A stretch of 64,000 nucleotides of DNA from an uncultured Porphyromonadaceae bacterium. Lineage in GTDB: Bacteria; Bacteroidota; Bacteroidia; Bacteroidales; Muribaculaceae. This document shows, in pieces, positions 31,168 to 41,490 of this stretch. The notes beneath the pieces are model-generated. The model was not told the DNA's origin and searched no databases. It saw nothing but the letters and a program-made list of their open reading frames with translations. The stretch lies in assembly GCA_900548975.1 (NCBI GenBank), contig URMS01000008.1:13397-77396 (forward strand), read 5' to 3'. Numbering within the stretch: the first letter of the stretch is position 1; the number at the start of each line of letters is the position of its first letter. Position numbers and translations under genes: made by a program.

Positions 31168-33177
31168 ATGGATGTGACAATACCTATATTGATTCTGGCC
31201 ATACCGCTGTTTATGTTCGTCTTCCTCGGCCTGCTTGGCATGAAGATGACTCATAAACTGGCCGGCATCCTCGGCACTCTCGGCATGGGTACGGTGCTCG
31301 TGCTCTCCTATTACACCGCATTCCACTATTTCTTCAGCGGAGCGCCCGAATTCATCAATGCTGCCGGCGAACGCCTGCAGTATGTCGTGTTCAATCAGAC
31401 ATGGCTCGCGTTCACCGATAAACTCGTTATCCGTCTCGGCTTCCTGCTCGATCCTATATCGGCCATGATGCTTGTGGTTATCACCACTATCTCTTTCATG
31501 GTACATCTCTACAGCATGGGCTACATGCGCGACCACCACGGCGTGTACGAGCACGGTTTCCAGCGTTTCTACGCATTCCTGTCGCTCTTCAGCTTCTCGA
31601 TGCTCGGCCTGGTTGTGGCTACCAACATCTTCCAGATGTACATCTTCTGGGAGCTTGTGGGTGCTTCGTCGTATCTGCTCATCGGTTTCTACTACATCAA
31701 ACCGAGCGCTGTGTCGGCTTCCAAGAAAGCATTTATCGTCACCCGATTCGCTGATCTCGGCTTCCTTATCGGTATTCTGGTGCTGTCGTTCTACACCGGC
31801 ACTTTCAACTTCACCGATCTCACTTCCGTGCCTGTCGAAGGCATGGCCGGTGTCTTCCAGGTGAATGAAGGCACTGCCGAGGGCATCCGCGCTCTCATCG
31901 CCAGTCATCCCGCTCCCGTCTTCATGGGCGGCTCGGTGCTCACATGGGCGCTTGTGCTTATCTTCATGGGCGGCATGGGTAAATCGGCCATGATGCCTCT
32001 GCATATATGGCTTCCCGACGCTATGGAAGGCCCCACTCCCGTATCGGCACTCATCCACGCCGCCACCATGGTTGTGGCTGGTGTATATCTTGTGGCCCGT
32101 CTCTTCCCGCTCTATCTGATGGAAGAAACATCGCTCAACATCATCACTGTCGTCGGCGCCCTCACAGCATTCTATGCCGCCATGGTCGCCTGCGCGCAGG
32201 TCGACATCAAGCGTGTGCTCGCGTTCTCCACCATATCGCAGATCGCATTCATGATGGTGTCGCTCGGTGTGGCACGCCCCGAATTCCACCACGGACTGGG
32301 CTATATGGCCTCGATGTTCCATCTGTTCACACACGCTATGTTCAAGGCCCTGCTCTTCCTCGGTGCCGGCGCTCTCATCCACGCCATCGGCTCGAACGAC
32401 TACACCGCCATGCACGGCCTCCGCAAGTACATGCCCATCACACACTGGACATTCCTCATCGGATGTCTTGCCATTGCGGGTATCATACCGTTCTCCGGTT
32501 TCTTCTCCAAGGACGAAATCCTGAGCTCGTGCCTCGGCTACGACTGGGTGGCATACGTGTGGATGTCGGCAGTTGCCGGTCTCACCGCCTTTTACATGTT
32601 CCGTCTCTACTTCCTTATCTTTTGGTGGAAGGAACACAAAATTGAAGAAGGTCACCACGCACCACACGACCAGCCCTGGACCATGTCGCTGCCTCTTATC
32701 ATCCTCGCAGCTATCTCGTGCGTGGCCGGCTTCATTCCCTTCGGCAATTTCGTTACCTGGAATGGCCACGCCTACGATTTCATGGCACACTTCGACTGGA
32801 GCGTCGCCGGCGTCAGCCTCGCTATCGCTGTAATCGGAATCGGTCTTGCTGCAAAAATGTACATGCGCGAGAATTCGCTCCCCGCGAAGTTCAAGAACGC
32901 CGTTCCGGCCCTCTGGGACTGGTGCTACCATCGCTTCTACTGGGACGAACTCTACATGTTCATCACTCATAAGATTATATTCAACGGCATCTGCCGTCCT
33001 CTGGCATGGTTCGACCGTCATATCATCGACGGTACCATGGATTCGTTCGCCACTGTCACCAACAAGGCATCCGAAGCCATCAAGCCTCTTCAGAGCGGTC
33101 AGATTCAGATGTATGTATGGTGGTATCTCATCGGCGCCCTTCTGCTGGGTTCGATTACAGTACTTTGCCTCATCTGA
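31168..33177 (+). CDS. nuoL: NADH-quinone oxidoreductase subunit L
   Basis: WELVG, GKSAMMPLHIWLPDAMEGPTPVSALIHAATMV, HAMFKALLFL. Confidence 0.96.
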   Translation: MDVTIPILILAIPLFMFVFLGLLGMKMTHKLAGILGTLGMGTVLVLSYYTAFHYFFSGAPEFINAAGERLQYVVFNQTWLAFTDKLVIRLGFLLDPISAMMLVVITTISFMVHLYSMGYMRDHHGVYEHGFQRFYAFLSLFSFSMLGLVVATNIFQMYIFWELVGASSYLLIGFYYIKPSAVSASKKAFIVTRFADLGFLIGILVLSFYTGTFNFTDLTSVPVEGMAGVFQVNEGTAEGIRALIASHPAPVFMGGSVLTWALVLIFMGGMGKSAMMPLHIWLPDAMEGPTPVSALIHAATMVVAGVYLVARLFPLYLMEETSLNIITVVGALTAFYAAMVACAQVDIKRVLAFSTISQIAFMMVSLGVARPEFHHGLGYMASMFHLFTHAMFKALLFLGAGALIHAIGSNDYTAMHGLRKYMPITHWTFLIGCLAIAGIIPFSGFFSKDEILSSCLGYDWVAYVWMSAVAGLTAFYMFRLYFLIFWWKEHKIEEGHHAPHDQPWTMSLPLIILAAISCVAGFIPFGNFVTWNGHAYDFMAHFDWSVAGVSLAIAVIGIGLAAKMYMRENSLPAKFKNAVPALWDWCYHRFYWDELYMFITHKIIFNGICRPLAWFDRHIIDGTMDSFATVTNKASEAIKPLQSGQIQMYVWWYLIGALLLGSITVLCLI

Positions 33178-33220
33178 TAAGTTCCTTACAGTGCAATTAA
33201 CAGAAAAACAGTAAAGTAAG

Positions 33221-34747
33221 ATGCTTTCCAACATATTGATTTACTTCGTGGTGATTCCGCTGCTCATGCTCGGCGGTCTTGCCCTGTGCCGGAATATCCG
33301 TCAGATCCGCGCGGTGGCTGTAATCGGCTCCCTCGCCCTTACCGCCCTGTCGGTCTACCTTCTGGTCGATTTTCTGGCCCTCCGTGAAGCCGGAGAGAAC
33401 GCTCCGATGCTCTTCGTTGATTCCTGGACATGGTTCGAGCCTCTCAACATCCACCTTGCCGTGGGTGTCGACGGCATCTCGGTGGCCATGCTCCTGCTTT
33501 CGTCGATAATAGTACTTGCCGGTTCCTTCGCATCGTGGACCATAGCTCAGCCCAAGGCTTTCTTCCTGTGGCTGATTCTGCTGTCGACCGGTGTGTTCGG
33601 CTTCTTTATCTCTATCGACCTCTTCACCATGTTCATGTTCTATGAGGTGGCTCTTATCCCGATGTACCTTCTCATCGGCGTGTGGGGCTCGGGCCGCAAG
33701 AACTACTCGGCAATGAAGCTTACCCTGATGCTCATGGGCGGCTCTGCATTCCTCATGCTCGGCCTCATCGGCATCTACTACCACTCGGCTCCCGAGGGCG
33801 GACAGCTGACATGGAACATCCTCGAGATCGCCCGCAACGGTGCCATCTCGCATGGTTGGCAGACATTCCTCTTCCCGATGACATTCGTCGGCTTCGGTGT
33901 CCTCGGCGCCATGTTCCCCTTCCATACCTGGAGCCCCGACGGCCATGCCTCGGCTCCTACGGCAGTGTCGATGCTCCACGCCGGCGTGCTTATGAAGCTC
34001 GGTGGCTACGGATGCTTCCGTGTGGCCATCTACCTCATGCCTCAGGCAGCTCACGAGCTTTCGTATATCTTCCTTATCCTCACAGGTATCTCGGTGGTAT
34101 ACGGCGCCTTCTGCGCATGCGTCAAGACCGACCTCAAGTACATCAACGCCTACTCTTCGGTGTCGCACTGCGGTCTGGTGCTTTTTGCCATCCTCATGCT
34201 CAACACCACAGCCATGACGGGCGCTATCATGCAGATGCTCTCGCATGGTCTTATGACAGCACTCTTCTTCGCACTCATCGGTATGATCTACGGCCGTACA
34301 CACACCCGCGAAATCACACAGATGGGCGGCATGATGAAGATTCTGCCTTACCTCTCGGTATGCTACGTCATAGCCGGTATGGCTTCGCTCGGTCTTCCCG
34401 GTCTCTCGGGCTTTGTGGCTGAAATGACAGTGTTCGTAGGCTCCTTCCAGGCAGGTATGGCCAACTATCTCGCCGGCGAAGGCTCGCTCCGACTGGTATT
34501 CACCCTGGTGGCCTGCTGCTCGATCGTTATCACCGCTGTCTACATCCTCCGTGTGGTAGGCAAGCTCCTCTTCGGCCCGGTCTACGATGAGCATCACCTC
34601 ACACTCACCGACGCCACATGGTGGGAACGCCTTGCCACAGCTACCCTCATAGTATGCGTGGCAGGTATCGGCTGCTTCCCCAACTTCTTCAATAATCTGA
34701 TTAAAGCCACCTTCACGCCCGAAATATTCTCGGTGCTCGGCATGTAA
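33221..34747 (+). CDS. nuoM: NADH-quinone oxidoreductase subunit M
   Basis: DGIS, FPFHTWSPDGH, KLGGYG, AYSSVSH, LGLPGLSGFVAE. Confidence 0.95.
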   Translation: MLSNILIYFVVIPLLMLGGLALCRNIRQIRAVAVIGSLALTALSVYLLVDFLALREAGENAPMLFVDSWTWFEPLNIHLAVGVDGISVAMLLLSSIIVLAGSFASWTIAQPKAFFLWLILLSTGVFGFFISIDLFTMFMFYEVALIPMYLLIGVWGSGRKNYSAMKLTLMLMGGSAFLMLGLIGIYYHSAPEGGQLTWNILEIARNGAISHGWQTFLFPMTFVGFGVLGAMFPFHTWSPDGHASAPTAVSMLHAGVLMKLGGYGCFRVAIYLMPQAAHELSYIFLILTGISVVYGAFCACVKTDLKYINAYSSVSHCGLVLFAILMLNTTAMTGAIMQMLSHGLMTALFFALIGMIYGRTHTREITQMGGMMKILPYLSVCYVIAGMASLGLPGLSGFVAEMTVFVGSFQAGMANYLAGEGSLRLVFTLVACCSIVITAVYILRVVGKLLFGPVYDEHHLTLTDATWWERLATATLIVCVAGIGCFPNFFNNLIKATFTPEIFSVLGM

Positions 34748-34770
34748 ACCTCCCAAAGGAATAAATTGCA

Positions 34771-36249
34771 ATGGATTATTCTCAATTTTTAGCTATGAAG
34801 CAGGAAATAGGCCTCCTGGTTGTGTTCCTGCTGGTATTCCTCTACGACACATTCATGCCGAAGCAGACCCAGAAAGGTCTTCCGGTGTTCACTGTAGTGC
34901 TCATGCTGCTTCTCACGGCTGCCGGCTTCTGCTGCCACTGCCTCGGAGCCGCCGGCGACACTACCGCCTTTGCCGGCATGTATCAGACAGGTGCTGTCAT
35001 AGCCGCCATCAAGGGCATCCTCAATATCGGTGTCGTAATAGTACTCATCCAGTCGATCAAGTGGGCTAACAGCGACTCCATGATCATGCGCCGCGGCGAG
35101 TTCTACGAACTTCTGCTCGTCACTCTCTTCGGCATGTACCTCATGATTTCGGCCCGTCACTTCCTGCTCTTCATCATCGGTCTCGAAAGCGCATCGCTGC
35201 CTCTGGCTGCCATGGTCGCTCTCGACAAGAACCGCTACGAGAGCCACGAGGCTGCCGTGAAGTATATCCTCACCGCCGTCTTCTCGTCGGCAGTGTTCAT
35301 GCTCGGTCTGTCGTTTGTCTACGGCCTCACCGGTTCCCTCTACTTCGAGAACATCTACTTCGCCCTCACAAGCAAACTCAGCGTGATGCTTGTTGCCGCC
35401 ATCGCCTTCGTAATCGCAGGCATCGGCTTCAAACTCTCTCTGGTTCCCTTCCATCTCTGGACAGCCGATGTATACCAGGGAGCGCCCACTTCGGTCACTT
35501 CCTACCTCTCGGTTATCTCCAAGGGCGCGACAGCGTTCGCCTTCCTTGTAGTGATGGCCCAGGTGTTCGGTGCTATCTACAGCAATGTGTGGGAATGGAT
35601 GCTTTACGCGCTCATCATACTCACAATTACCGTGGGTAACCTCTTCGCAATCCGTCAGCGCAACATGAAGCGCTTCCTGGCGTTCTCGTCGATTTCGCAG
35701 GCCGGCTACATTATGCTCGGCGTGATAGCGTTCAATGCCATGGGCGTGGCAGCGCTGATGTACTATGTGCTCGTATACATCTTCTCCAACCTCGCCGCTT
35801 TCGGGGTTATCGGCGCTATCGAGAACGCTACCGGCAAGGTGAGCATGGACGATTACCGCGGTCTCCACAAGACCAATCCCCGTCTTGCTTTCTGCATGAT
35901 GCTCGCAATGTTCTCGCTTGCAGGTATTCCTCCCTTCGCTGGCTTCTTCTCTAAGTTCTTCATCTTCACCGGTGCTATCAATCAGGGCAGCGTGGCCATC
36001 TACGTGCTTGTGCTCATCGCCCTCATCAACACCATCATATCGCTCTACTACTACCTGCTGGTAGTAAAGGCTATGTATATATCGGAAGATGACTGCACAA
36101 TCGCCCGCTTCAAGTCGGCCGGTTCCGAGCGTCTGGGTCTCTTTATCACAGTCGCCGGCATCCTGCTGCTGGGTATTGTAAGCTGCTGCTACAGCTCCCT
36201 GCTCGACATCACGGCGATAAGCCCGATGCAGATGTATTTCATACACTAA
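34771..36249 (+). CDS. nuoN: NADH-quinone oxidoreductase subunit N
   Basis: EAAVKY, GFKLSLVPFHLW..DVYQGAP, KRFLAFSSI, SLAGIPPFAGF. Confidence 0.95.
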   Translation: MDYSQFLAMKQEIGLLVVFLLVFLYDTFMPKQTQKGLPVFTVVLMLLLTAAGFCCHCLGAAGDTTAFAGMYQTGAVIAAIKGILNIGVVIVLIQSIKWANSDSMIMRRGEFYELLLVTLFGMYLMISARHFLLFIIGLESASLPLAAMVALDKNRYESHEAAVKYILTAVFSSAVFMLGLSFVYGLTGSLYFENIYFALTSKLSVMLVAAIAFVIAGIGFKLSLVPFHLWTADVYQGAPTSVTSYLSVISKGATAFAFLVVMAQVFGAIYSNVWEWMLYALIILTITVGNLFAIRQRNMKRFLAFSSISQAGYIMLGVIAFNAMGVAALMYYVLVYIFSNLAAFGVIGAIENATGKVSMDDYRGLHKTNPRLAFCMMLAMFSLAGIPPFAGFFSKFFIFTGAINQGSVAIYVLVLIALINTIISLYYYLLVVKAMYISEDDCTIARFKSAGSERLGLFITVAGILLLGIVSCCYSSLLDITAISPMQMYFIH

Positions 36250-36278
36250 CTACAAGCACATATTCAACCATCAAGTGG

Positions 36279-36312
36279 AAGTGCCGCGGAATTTGCCCGC
36301 GGCACTTTTTTT
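36279..36312 (+). terminator. Intrinsic terminator closing the nuo/atp operon
   Basis: AAGTGCCGCGG-N7-CCGCGGCACTT followed by a T-run. Confidence 0.85.
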
Positions 36313-36394
36313 CTGTGATTTTGGTACCTATCGCGATGATACGGTTACTTCGCTGCGCGTGCCGAATGGTAATTTTGCAGTATAAAACGATGAT

Positions 36395-36625
36395 ATGGAA
36401 AGCAAGATTGTTCTGCCGCAAGGACTGTGCCGCGAAGAGGTCATCGACTATCTGTCGGCTCGATATTCCACAACTCCCGCCTGTCTCATACGCCGATATC
36501 TGCAGCAGGAGGGAATAATGGCATGCGACGCGGATATGCCGCTGGCATTTTCACTCCGCGACAACGAGATAAGCATACTCCGCGACATGGGTGTGCGGCC
36601 TACAACACTCGAATTCGCTGATTAG
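36395..36625 (+). CDS. Small hypothetical protein, 76 aa
   Basis: ATG follows a TAATTTTG -7 element at 36370-36377; fits between the terminator and the convergent helicase gene. Confidence 0.5.
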   Translation: MESKIVLPQGLCREEVIDYLSARYSTTPACLIRRYLQQEGIMACDADMPLAFSLRDNEISILRDMGVRPTTLEFAD

Positions 36626-36641
36626 CCCTCTTCCGGAGCAT

Positions 36642-39128
36642 TCAGAGGCGCCGGGAGCTTTCTTCGCGGGCTTCGGCTGCGGTGCGGTCGGGCGGAAGGA
36701 CCTCGAAGCCTTGCAGAATATCATCGAGCATGCTGCTGTCTCCCCATGGCGAGCGGCCGACACAGAGCCGCCTGCGGGCGCGCGAGAAAGCCACATAGAG
36801 CAAGCGTGCATAGTCTGTTGCCGAGGCCGGGTGCGACGATGCATCGAGCAGAATCACATTGTCCATCTCGAGTCCTTTGGCCTTGTGGACGGTCATTACC
36901 GACAGGCGTTCGTCCACGATACCGTTGGCGAGAAGATCGGACTCGTTGAATGAACTCAGTTCGGCAAAATGGTTTTCCAGCTGAGTCTTCAGGTCGGGCT
37001 CGCTGTCTCTGTCCACTACAAGACGGTCGATCATCTCCAGAAAATATGTTAAATGCCTTATTTCGCCTATGTATCGCTCGTTGCTGAAGTATCTGCGAGC
37101 CTCGGCAAGGGCCTCTGTAAGCGAGCCGCCGGGCTGTAGCGTACGACTTGTCCATGCGGCATGGAAATCGCCGTAGGCGCTCGCAAAACGCGCGGCAGCA
37201 CGCCGTACGTTGGTGTTGTCCCTTATCTTTGCCTGTCGCGTAAGTTGCCTCCGGGCCGGCGGAAGCAGTGCCGACATCAGCGCCACTGTCGCGGAAACGT
37301 CGTCGATGGCGTTGTGGCTGTTGACGCCGTCGAGACCCAGTACATCGATAAGCGTCTCGAGCCGATGCGATACAAGTGCGGGCATAAGCAGACGTGCCAC
37401 AAGGAGAGTGTCGATATTCCTTGCGTCTTCGCCTAAGGCCGCAGGAGTGCATTCGGGGCAATAGCGTGCATAGTTGTACCGCAGGATGGCCGCATCGAAA
37501 GCAAGATTATGGCCTGCGAGAATGGCGCCGTCGCCGACGAAACCGGCAAATTCTCGCAGGGCGTCGGGCGCCTCGAGCAATTGGGCATGTGCATAAGCCT
37601 CTTTCATCGGGTTGACCGTACCGTTGGCCAGGAAGCGCGGTATAGTGCGGTCGGTGCGTATGTAGGCACAGAAACGGCCGCCGGGTACTTGAGCACCTCC
37701 GCGTATCTTTATGGCGGCGATCTGTATGACATCGTCGCGGAACACGTCGAGCCCCGTCGTCTCGGTATCGAGGACTACTATGGTGCGTCCGGCATCCTCG
37801 TAGGCTCCGGCAAAGCGCTCTATAGCCGTCGGGCTGTCGATAGCGAGCAGCTCATTGCCTGCCATGGCGCTTTCGCGGAGCAGATTCATGAGCTGCCGGG
37901 CGCCGGCAAGTGTCTTCACAGAGCGTGTCTGATAGAGCAGGCGAGCCCATTCCTGGTGCCGTGTGGGCCGCTGTATCACCGCCAGGTGCGCCATAATAGT
38001 TTTCAATGCCGCCTGATGGAACATGTCGGGCCGCGACACATGGAAAAACTCCATGCCGTGGCCCGCAAGCATATCGGCCATTGCCTGTCCCTGGCGGTTG
38101 GTGTGTACAAGGATAGCCACATTCTCGTCCGGATACTCCGCCAGGAGCCTGCGGGCGTGAGAGGCCGCCATGAGAAGGAGCGTGTTGGCATCGCCGGTCC
38201 ATGTGAGCAACGGCCCGTCTGCCTCATGTCTGCATACGGCTTTGGGGAGAAAGTCGGCACTTATGCCAAGGTGTTGCATGGCTATGCGGTTGCACACGCT
38301 CACAAGATAGTCGGGCGAACGGTAGTTGCGTTGCAGCCGCAGTATGCGCGATCCGCATTGTTCCTTCACTATATCGAGAGCGCGGCCTCCGGCTCCGAGA
38401 AAACCGAAGATGGCCTGCTGCTCGTCGCCCAGATATAAGGCCGTGCGGCGTCCGTGCACACATACGGCATCGATAATCGCCAGTTGCAGAGGCGTCATGT
38501 CCTGAACCTCGTCTACCTGAAGCCATGTGAATCCTGTCATGGCCATAGTGTCGGCTCCGGTGCCCAACAGCGCGGTATAGGTCATACGCAGGATGTCGTC
38601 GTAGTCTACCAGGCGGTTGTTTTCCTTGAAGCGGATATAGCTTTCGATACGCTCATAGTCGCTTTCCGACGGATAGCTTTTCGGACGGCGAATCACGCTG
38701 TCGGGATGATCGTTTTCGAGCTGATACACATAGGCCGCCTTGTCGAGGAATTCCTTGATTTCCGCTTGTGTTTCCATGCCGAACGACGATGCGAGATAGG
38801 CCCGGACGTCCTCTTCGTCGAAAACGGAGGTATCGGGGCTAATCAGCCTGTTGGCATGCAGGAAACGGAAACAGAAACTGTGGATATTGCCGATGAACAG
38901 ACCCTGCGGAGACGATCCGAGATAGTCGTGGACGCGCCGGGCCATCTCGCGTGCGGCACGGTTGGTGAAGGTGAGGCACAGCATCTCGCCGAACGGCACG
39001 CCGTACACCGTGTTGGCATGAAAGACACGCCGGGCAAGGATGTGGGTTTTGCCACATCCCGGCCCGGCGAGAAGCAGAGCGGAGCAATCGCGCAGTTCTA
39101 CAGCCTTGAGCTGATGGTTGTCGATCAT
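36642..39128 (-). CDS. UvrD/PcrA-like SF1 helicase with an internal DnaQ-type (DEDDh) 3'-5' exonuclease domain
   Basis: Helicase motifs AGPGCGKT, LTFTNRAA, VDEVQD, GDEQQAI, RNYRS, TVHKAKGLE, YVAFSRAR; inserted exonuclease motifs VLDTETTG, GHNLAFD, HNAIDD. Confidence 0.9.
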   Translation of the reverse strand: MIDNHQLKAVELRDCSALLLAGPGCGKTHILARRVFHANTVYGVPFGEMLCLTFTNRAAREMARRVHDYLGSSPQGLFIGNIHSFCFRFLHANRLISPDTSVFDEEDVRAYLASSFGMETQAEIKEFLDKAAYVYQLENDHPDSVIRRPKSYPSESDYERIESYIRFKENNRLVDYDDILRMTYTALLGTGADTMAMTGFTWLQVDEVQDMTPLQLAIIDAVCVHGRRTALYLGDEQQAIFGFLGAGGRALDIVKEQCGSRILRLQRNYRSPDYLVSVCNRIAMQHLGISADFLPKAVCRHEADGPLLTWTGDANTLLLMAASHARRLLAEYPDENVAILVHTNRQGQAMADMLAGHGMEFFHVSRPDMFHQAALKTIMAHLAVIQRPTRHQEWARLLYQTRSVKTLAGARQLMNLLRESAMAGNELLAIDSPTAIERFAGAYEDAGRTIVVLDTETTGLDVFRDDVIQIAAIKIRGGAQVPGGRFCAYIRTDRTIPRFLANGTVNPMKEAYAHAQLLEAPDALREFAGFVGDGAILAGHNLAFDAAILRYNYARYCPECTPAALGEDARNIDTLLVARLLMPALVSHRLETLIDVLGLDGVNSHNAIDDVSATVALMSALLPPARRQLTRQAKIRDNTNVRRAAARFASAYGDFHAAWTSRTLQPGGSLTEALAEARRYFSNERYIGEIRHLTYFLEMIDRLVVDRDSEPDLKTQLENHFAELSSFNESDLLANGIVDERLSVMTVHKAKGLEMDNVILLDASSHPASATDYARLLYVAFSRARRRLCVGRSPWGDSSMLDDILQGFEVLPPDRTAAEAREESSRRL

Positions 39129-39793
39129 TCAGCTACGAATGGTCTTATGACAGTGCCCCAGATGCTGTAGCCTTCGGGTTTGAGATGGAGCCCGTCGGAA
39201 GTGAGCTCGCTGCGCAGATTGCCTTCGTTGTCGGTGAAGAGAGGGTAGAGGTTTATCCATGTCACATCCAGCGACGGCGCCATGGCGGCAAGGATGGTGT
39301 TGATCTGACGCACCACAGTTTCCTTGTCGCGGATACGGCTGTAGCGGCCGAATGAATTGTTGATGGGCAGCAGGGACTGCAGGTACACTTTCGTGCCTGG
39401 GCTTTCCAGGTGTATGCGACGCACCACGCGGGCTATCGACATAGCTACCGAGTCGGCGGGTATGGCGTGGCTCACATCGTTGACACCGCAAAGCAGGAAA
39501 ATCTTCGACGGCTTGCCGTCGGTGACATCGGTGAGGCGTTCGTCGATACCTTCGGCCGTATCGCCGATTATTCCGCGGTTCACCACGTCGGGCACTCCGG
39601 TGAGAGCTGCCCAGTCGCCGCCTTCGGTCTGGCTGTCGCCCAGGAATACTATAGAGCCGGGTTTCACACCTTCCTGTTTGAACATGGCGGCGCGTTCCAA
39701 ATAGTGCGGGGTCGGTTCCTCCTTGGGCAGACGGGCCTGGGCCGAGAGCAGTCCGGCGCCTATGAGCGCGCACATGACGATAGCTTTTTTCAT
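39125..39793 (-). CDS. Exported GDSL/SGNH esterase (O-acetylesterase-like)
   Basis: True start MKKAIVMC at 39793; FLGDSQTE, NRGIIGD, GVND, DGLHL blocks. Confidence 0.88.
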   Translation of the reverse strand: MKKAIVMCALIGAGLLSAQARLPKEEPTPHYLERAAMFKQEGVKPGSIVFLGDSQTEGGDWAALTGVPDVVNRGIIGDTAEGIDERLTDVTDGKPSKIFLLCGVNDVSHAIPADSVAMSIARVVRRIHLESPGTKVYLQSLLPINNSFGRYSRIRDKETVVRQINTILAAMAPSLDVTWINLYPLFTDNEGNLRSELTSDGLHLKPEGYSIWGTVIRPFVAE

Positions 39794-40620
39794 GCCTCTT
39801 CGTGTTCGTGTCCGCGATAGGAGTCGACGGCCTTTTTCACCGAGCCGTGCATCAGGAGCAGGCGTTTGGCCTCGTCGTAGGGCAGAGCGAGCTCTTCGAC
39901 GATCATGCGTGTGCCGCGGTCCACGAGTTTGGCGTTGGACAGCTGCATGTTCACCATCTTGTTGCCTTTTACGCGGCCCATCTTTATCATCACCGATGTG
40001 GTGATCATGTTGCATATCATCTTCTGGCCTGTACCGCTCTTCATGCGGGAGCTGCCGGTGACGTATTCGGGTCCTACGATCATTTCGATGGCGATGTCGG
40101 CGGCCTCGCTCACGGGAGCATCGGGATTGGAGGTGATGGCGGCGGTGAGAATGCCGTGACGGCGGCATTCCTCGAGGGCGCCGATTACATAAGGCGTGGT
40201 ACCGGAGGCAGCGATGCCAATGACGGTGTCCTTATCGTTGATATCGAATTTCTCGAGGTCTTTCCAGCCTTGTTTGGTGTCGTCCTCGGCGTTTTCAACA
40301 GGATTGCGCAGGGCGGTGTCGCCGCCAGCGATGAGGCCGATCACCCACGAGGGATCCATGCCGAATGTAGGAGGAATCTCGGAGGCATCGAGCACGCCGA
40401 GACGGCCCGATGTGCCGGCGCCTATGTAGAATATGCGGCCGCCGCGCTTCATGCGGGGCACTATCTCGCTTACCAGTTTTTCGATGGCGGGAAGGGCTTT
40501 CTCCACTGCGAGAGCCACTTTCTTGTCTTCGGTGTTGATGTCGTGCAGGATTTCTCCTACCGATTTCTTCTCCAGATCGTTGTAGAGCGAGGATTGTTCG
40601 CTTATCTTGACAAAAGCCAT
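39790..40620 (-). CDS. murQ: N-acetylmuramic acid 6-phosphate etherase
   Basis: GAGTSGRLGVLDASEIPPTFG, IAGG, AED, GIAASGTTPYV, GPEYVTGSSRMKSGT, NAKLVDR. Confidence 0.96.
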   Translation of the reverse strand: MAFVKISEQSSLYNDLEKKSVGEILHDINTEDKKVALAVEKALPAIEKLVSEIVPRMKRGGRIFYIGAGTSGRLGVLDASEIPPTFGMDPSWVIGLIAGGDTALRNPVENAEDDTKQGWKDLEKFDINDKDTVIGIAASGTTPYVIGALEECRRHGILTAAITSNPDAPVSEAADIAIEMIVGPEYVTGSSRMKSGTGQKMICNMITTSVMIKMGRVKGNKMVNMQLSNAKLVDRGTRMIVEELALPYDEAKRLLLMHGSVKKAVDSYRGHEHEEA

Positions 40621-40638
40621 TGTATTATAGAATTGTTT

Positions 40639-41490
40639 TTATTTGGTTGAATGGTATTTCAGAAGGCCTTCCATGGGGCTCTTGATAACCGTACCGATGG
40701 TGCATCCGCAGTTGCGGGCGGCTTCTACGAGCACCGGGCGGAAATAATATGCTATCGACCCGACGAAGTTCACGCTGTGGGCTTCGAAACCGGTGTACTG
40801 CATCACATTGCGGCGGAAGAATGCCGTGAAAGTAGCGAGCACCATGTCGTGGATTTCTTTAACATCGATGTGTTTCGAGATAAACGGTGTCACCGAGGCC
40901 AGGAAGCGGTTGGGCTGAGGCTCGCGGTATACGCGCCGTATTATGGTGAGCAGGTCGAGCGAATATTCCTCGAGGAATGCAGCCGCAACGGGAGCCGGCA
41001 GCTGATTTTTGAGTACGTCGCCAAGGAAAAGTTTACCCAGAACGGCGCCGCTGCCTTCGTCGCCGAGGATAAAGCCCAGAGGCGATACATTCGACGCTAT
41101 GCCGGTGCCGTCGTAGAGGCACGAGTTGGAGCCGGTGCCCATGATGCAGGCTATGCCCGGTTGGTGTCCGCACAGCGCGCGGGCAGCCGCCAGAAGGTCG
41201 GAGTACACCTCGATCTTGGAGGCTCCGGGGATATTGGCCCTGATGGCGCGTGCCACATTGGAGCATACCTCGGTAGAGATGCATCCTGCACCATAGAAAT
41301 ATACTTCGTCGATTTCGGAAGCATATGCCGCCATGTCGGGCATGAGTTCGGTGCCTATGCGGGCGCGCATTTCCTCTTCGGTGAGCATTACGGCATTCAT
41401 TCCGAGGGTGAAAACCTGTTTTTCCACCTTGGTACCGTTGAGCAGGCACCAGTCTATCTTGGTACTGCCGCAGTCAGCTATAAGTATCAT
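40639..41490 (-). CDS. BadF/BadG/BcrA/BcrD-type sugar kinase, probable MurNAc/GlcNAc kinase (MurK-like)
   Basis: ADCGSTK, FYGAGC, DLLAAARA, IMGTGSNS, GFILGDEGSG; adjacent to murQ. Confidence 0.85.
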   Translation of the reverse strand: MILIADCGSTKIDWCLLNGTKVEKQVFTLGMNAVMLTEEEMRARIGTELMPDMAAYASEIDEVYFYGAGCISTEVCSNVARAIRANIPGASKIEVYSDLLAAARALCGHQPGIACIMGTGSNSCLYDGTGIASNVSPLGFILGDEGSGAVLGKLFLGDVLKNQLPAPVAAAFLEEYSLDLLTIIRRVYREPQPNRFLASVTPFISKHIDVKEIHDMVLATFTAFFRRNVMQYTGFEAHSVNFVGSIAYYFRPVLVEAARNCGCTIGTVIKSPMEGLLKYHSTK

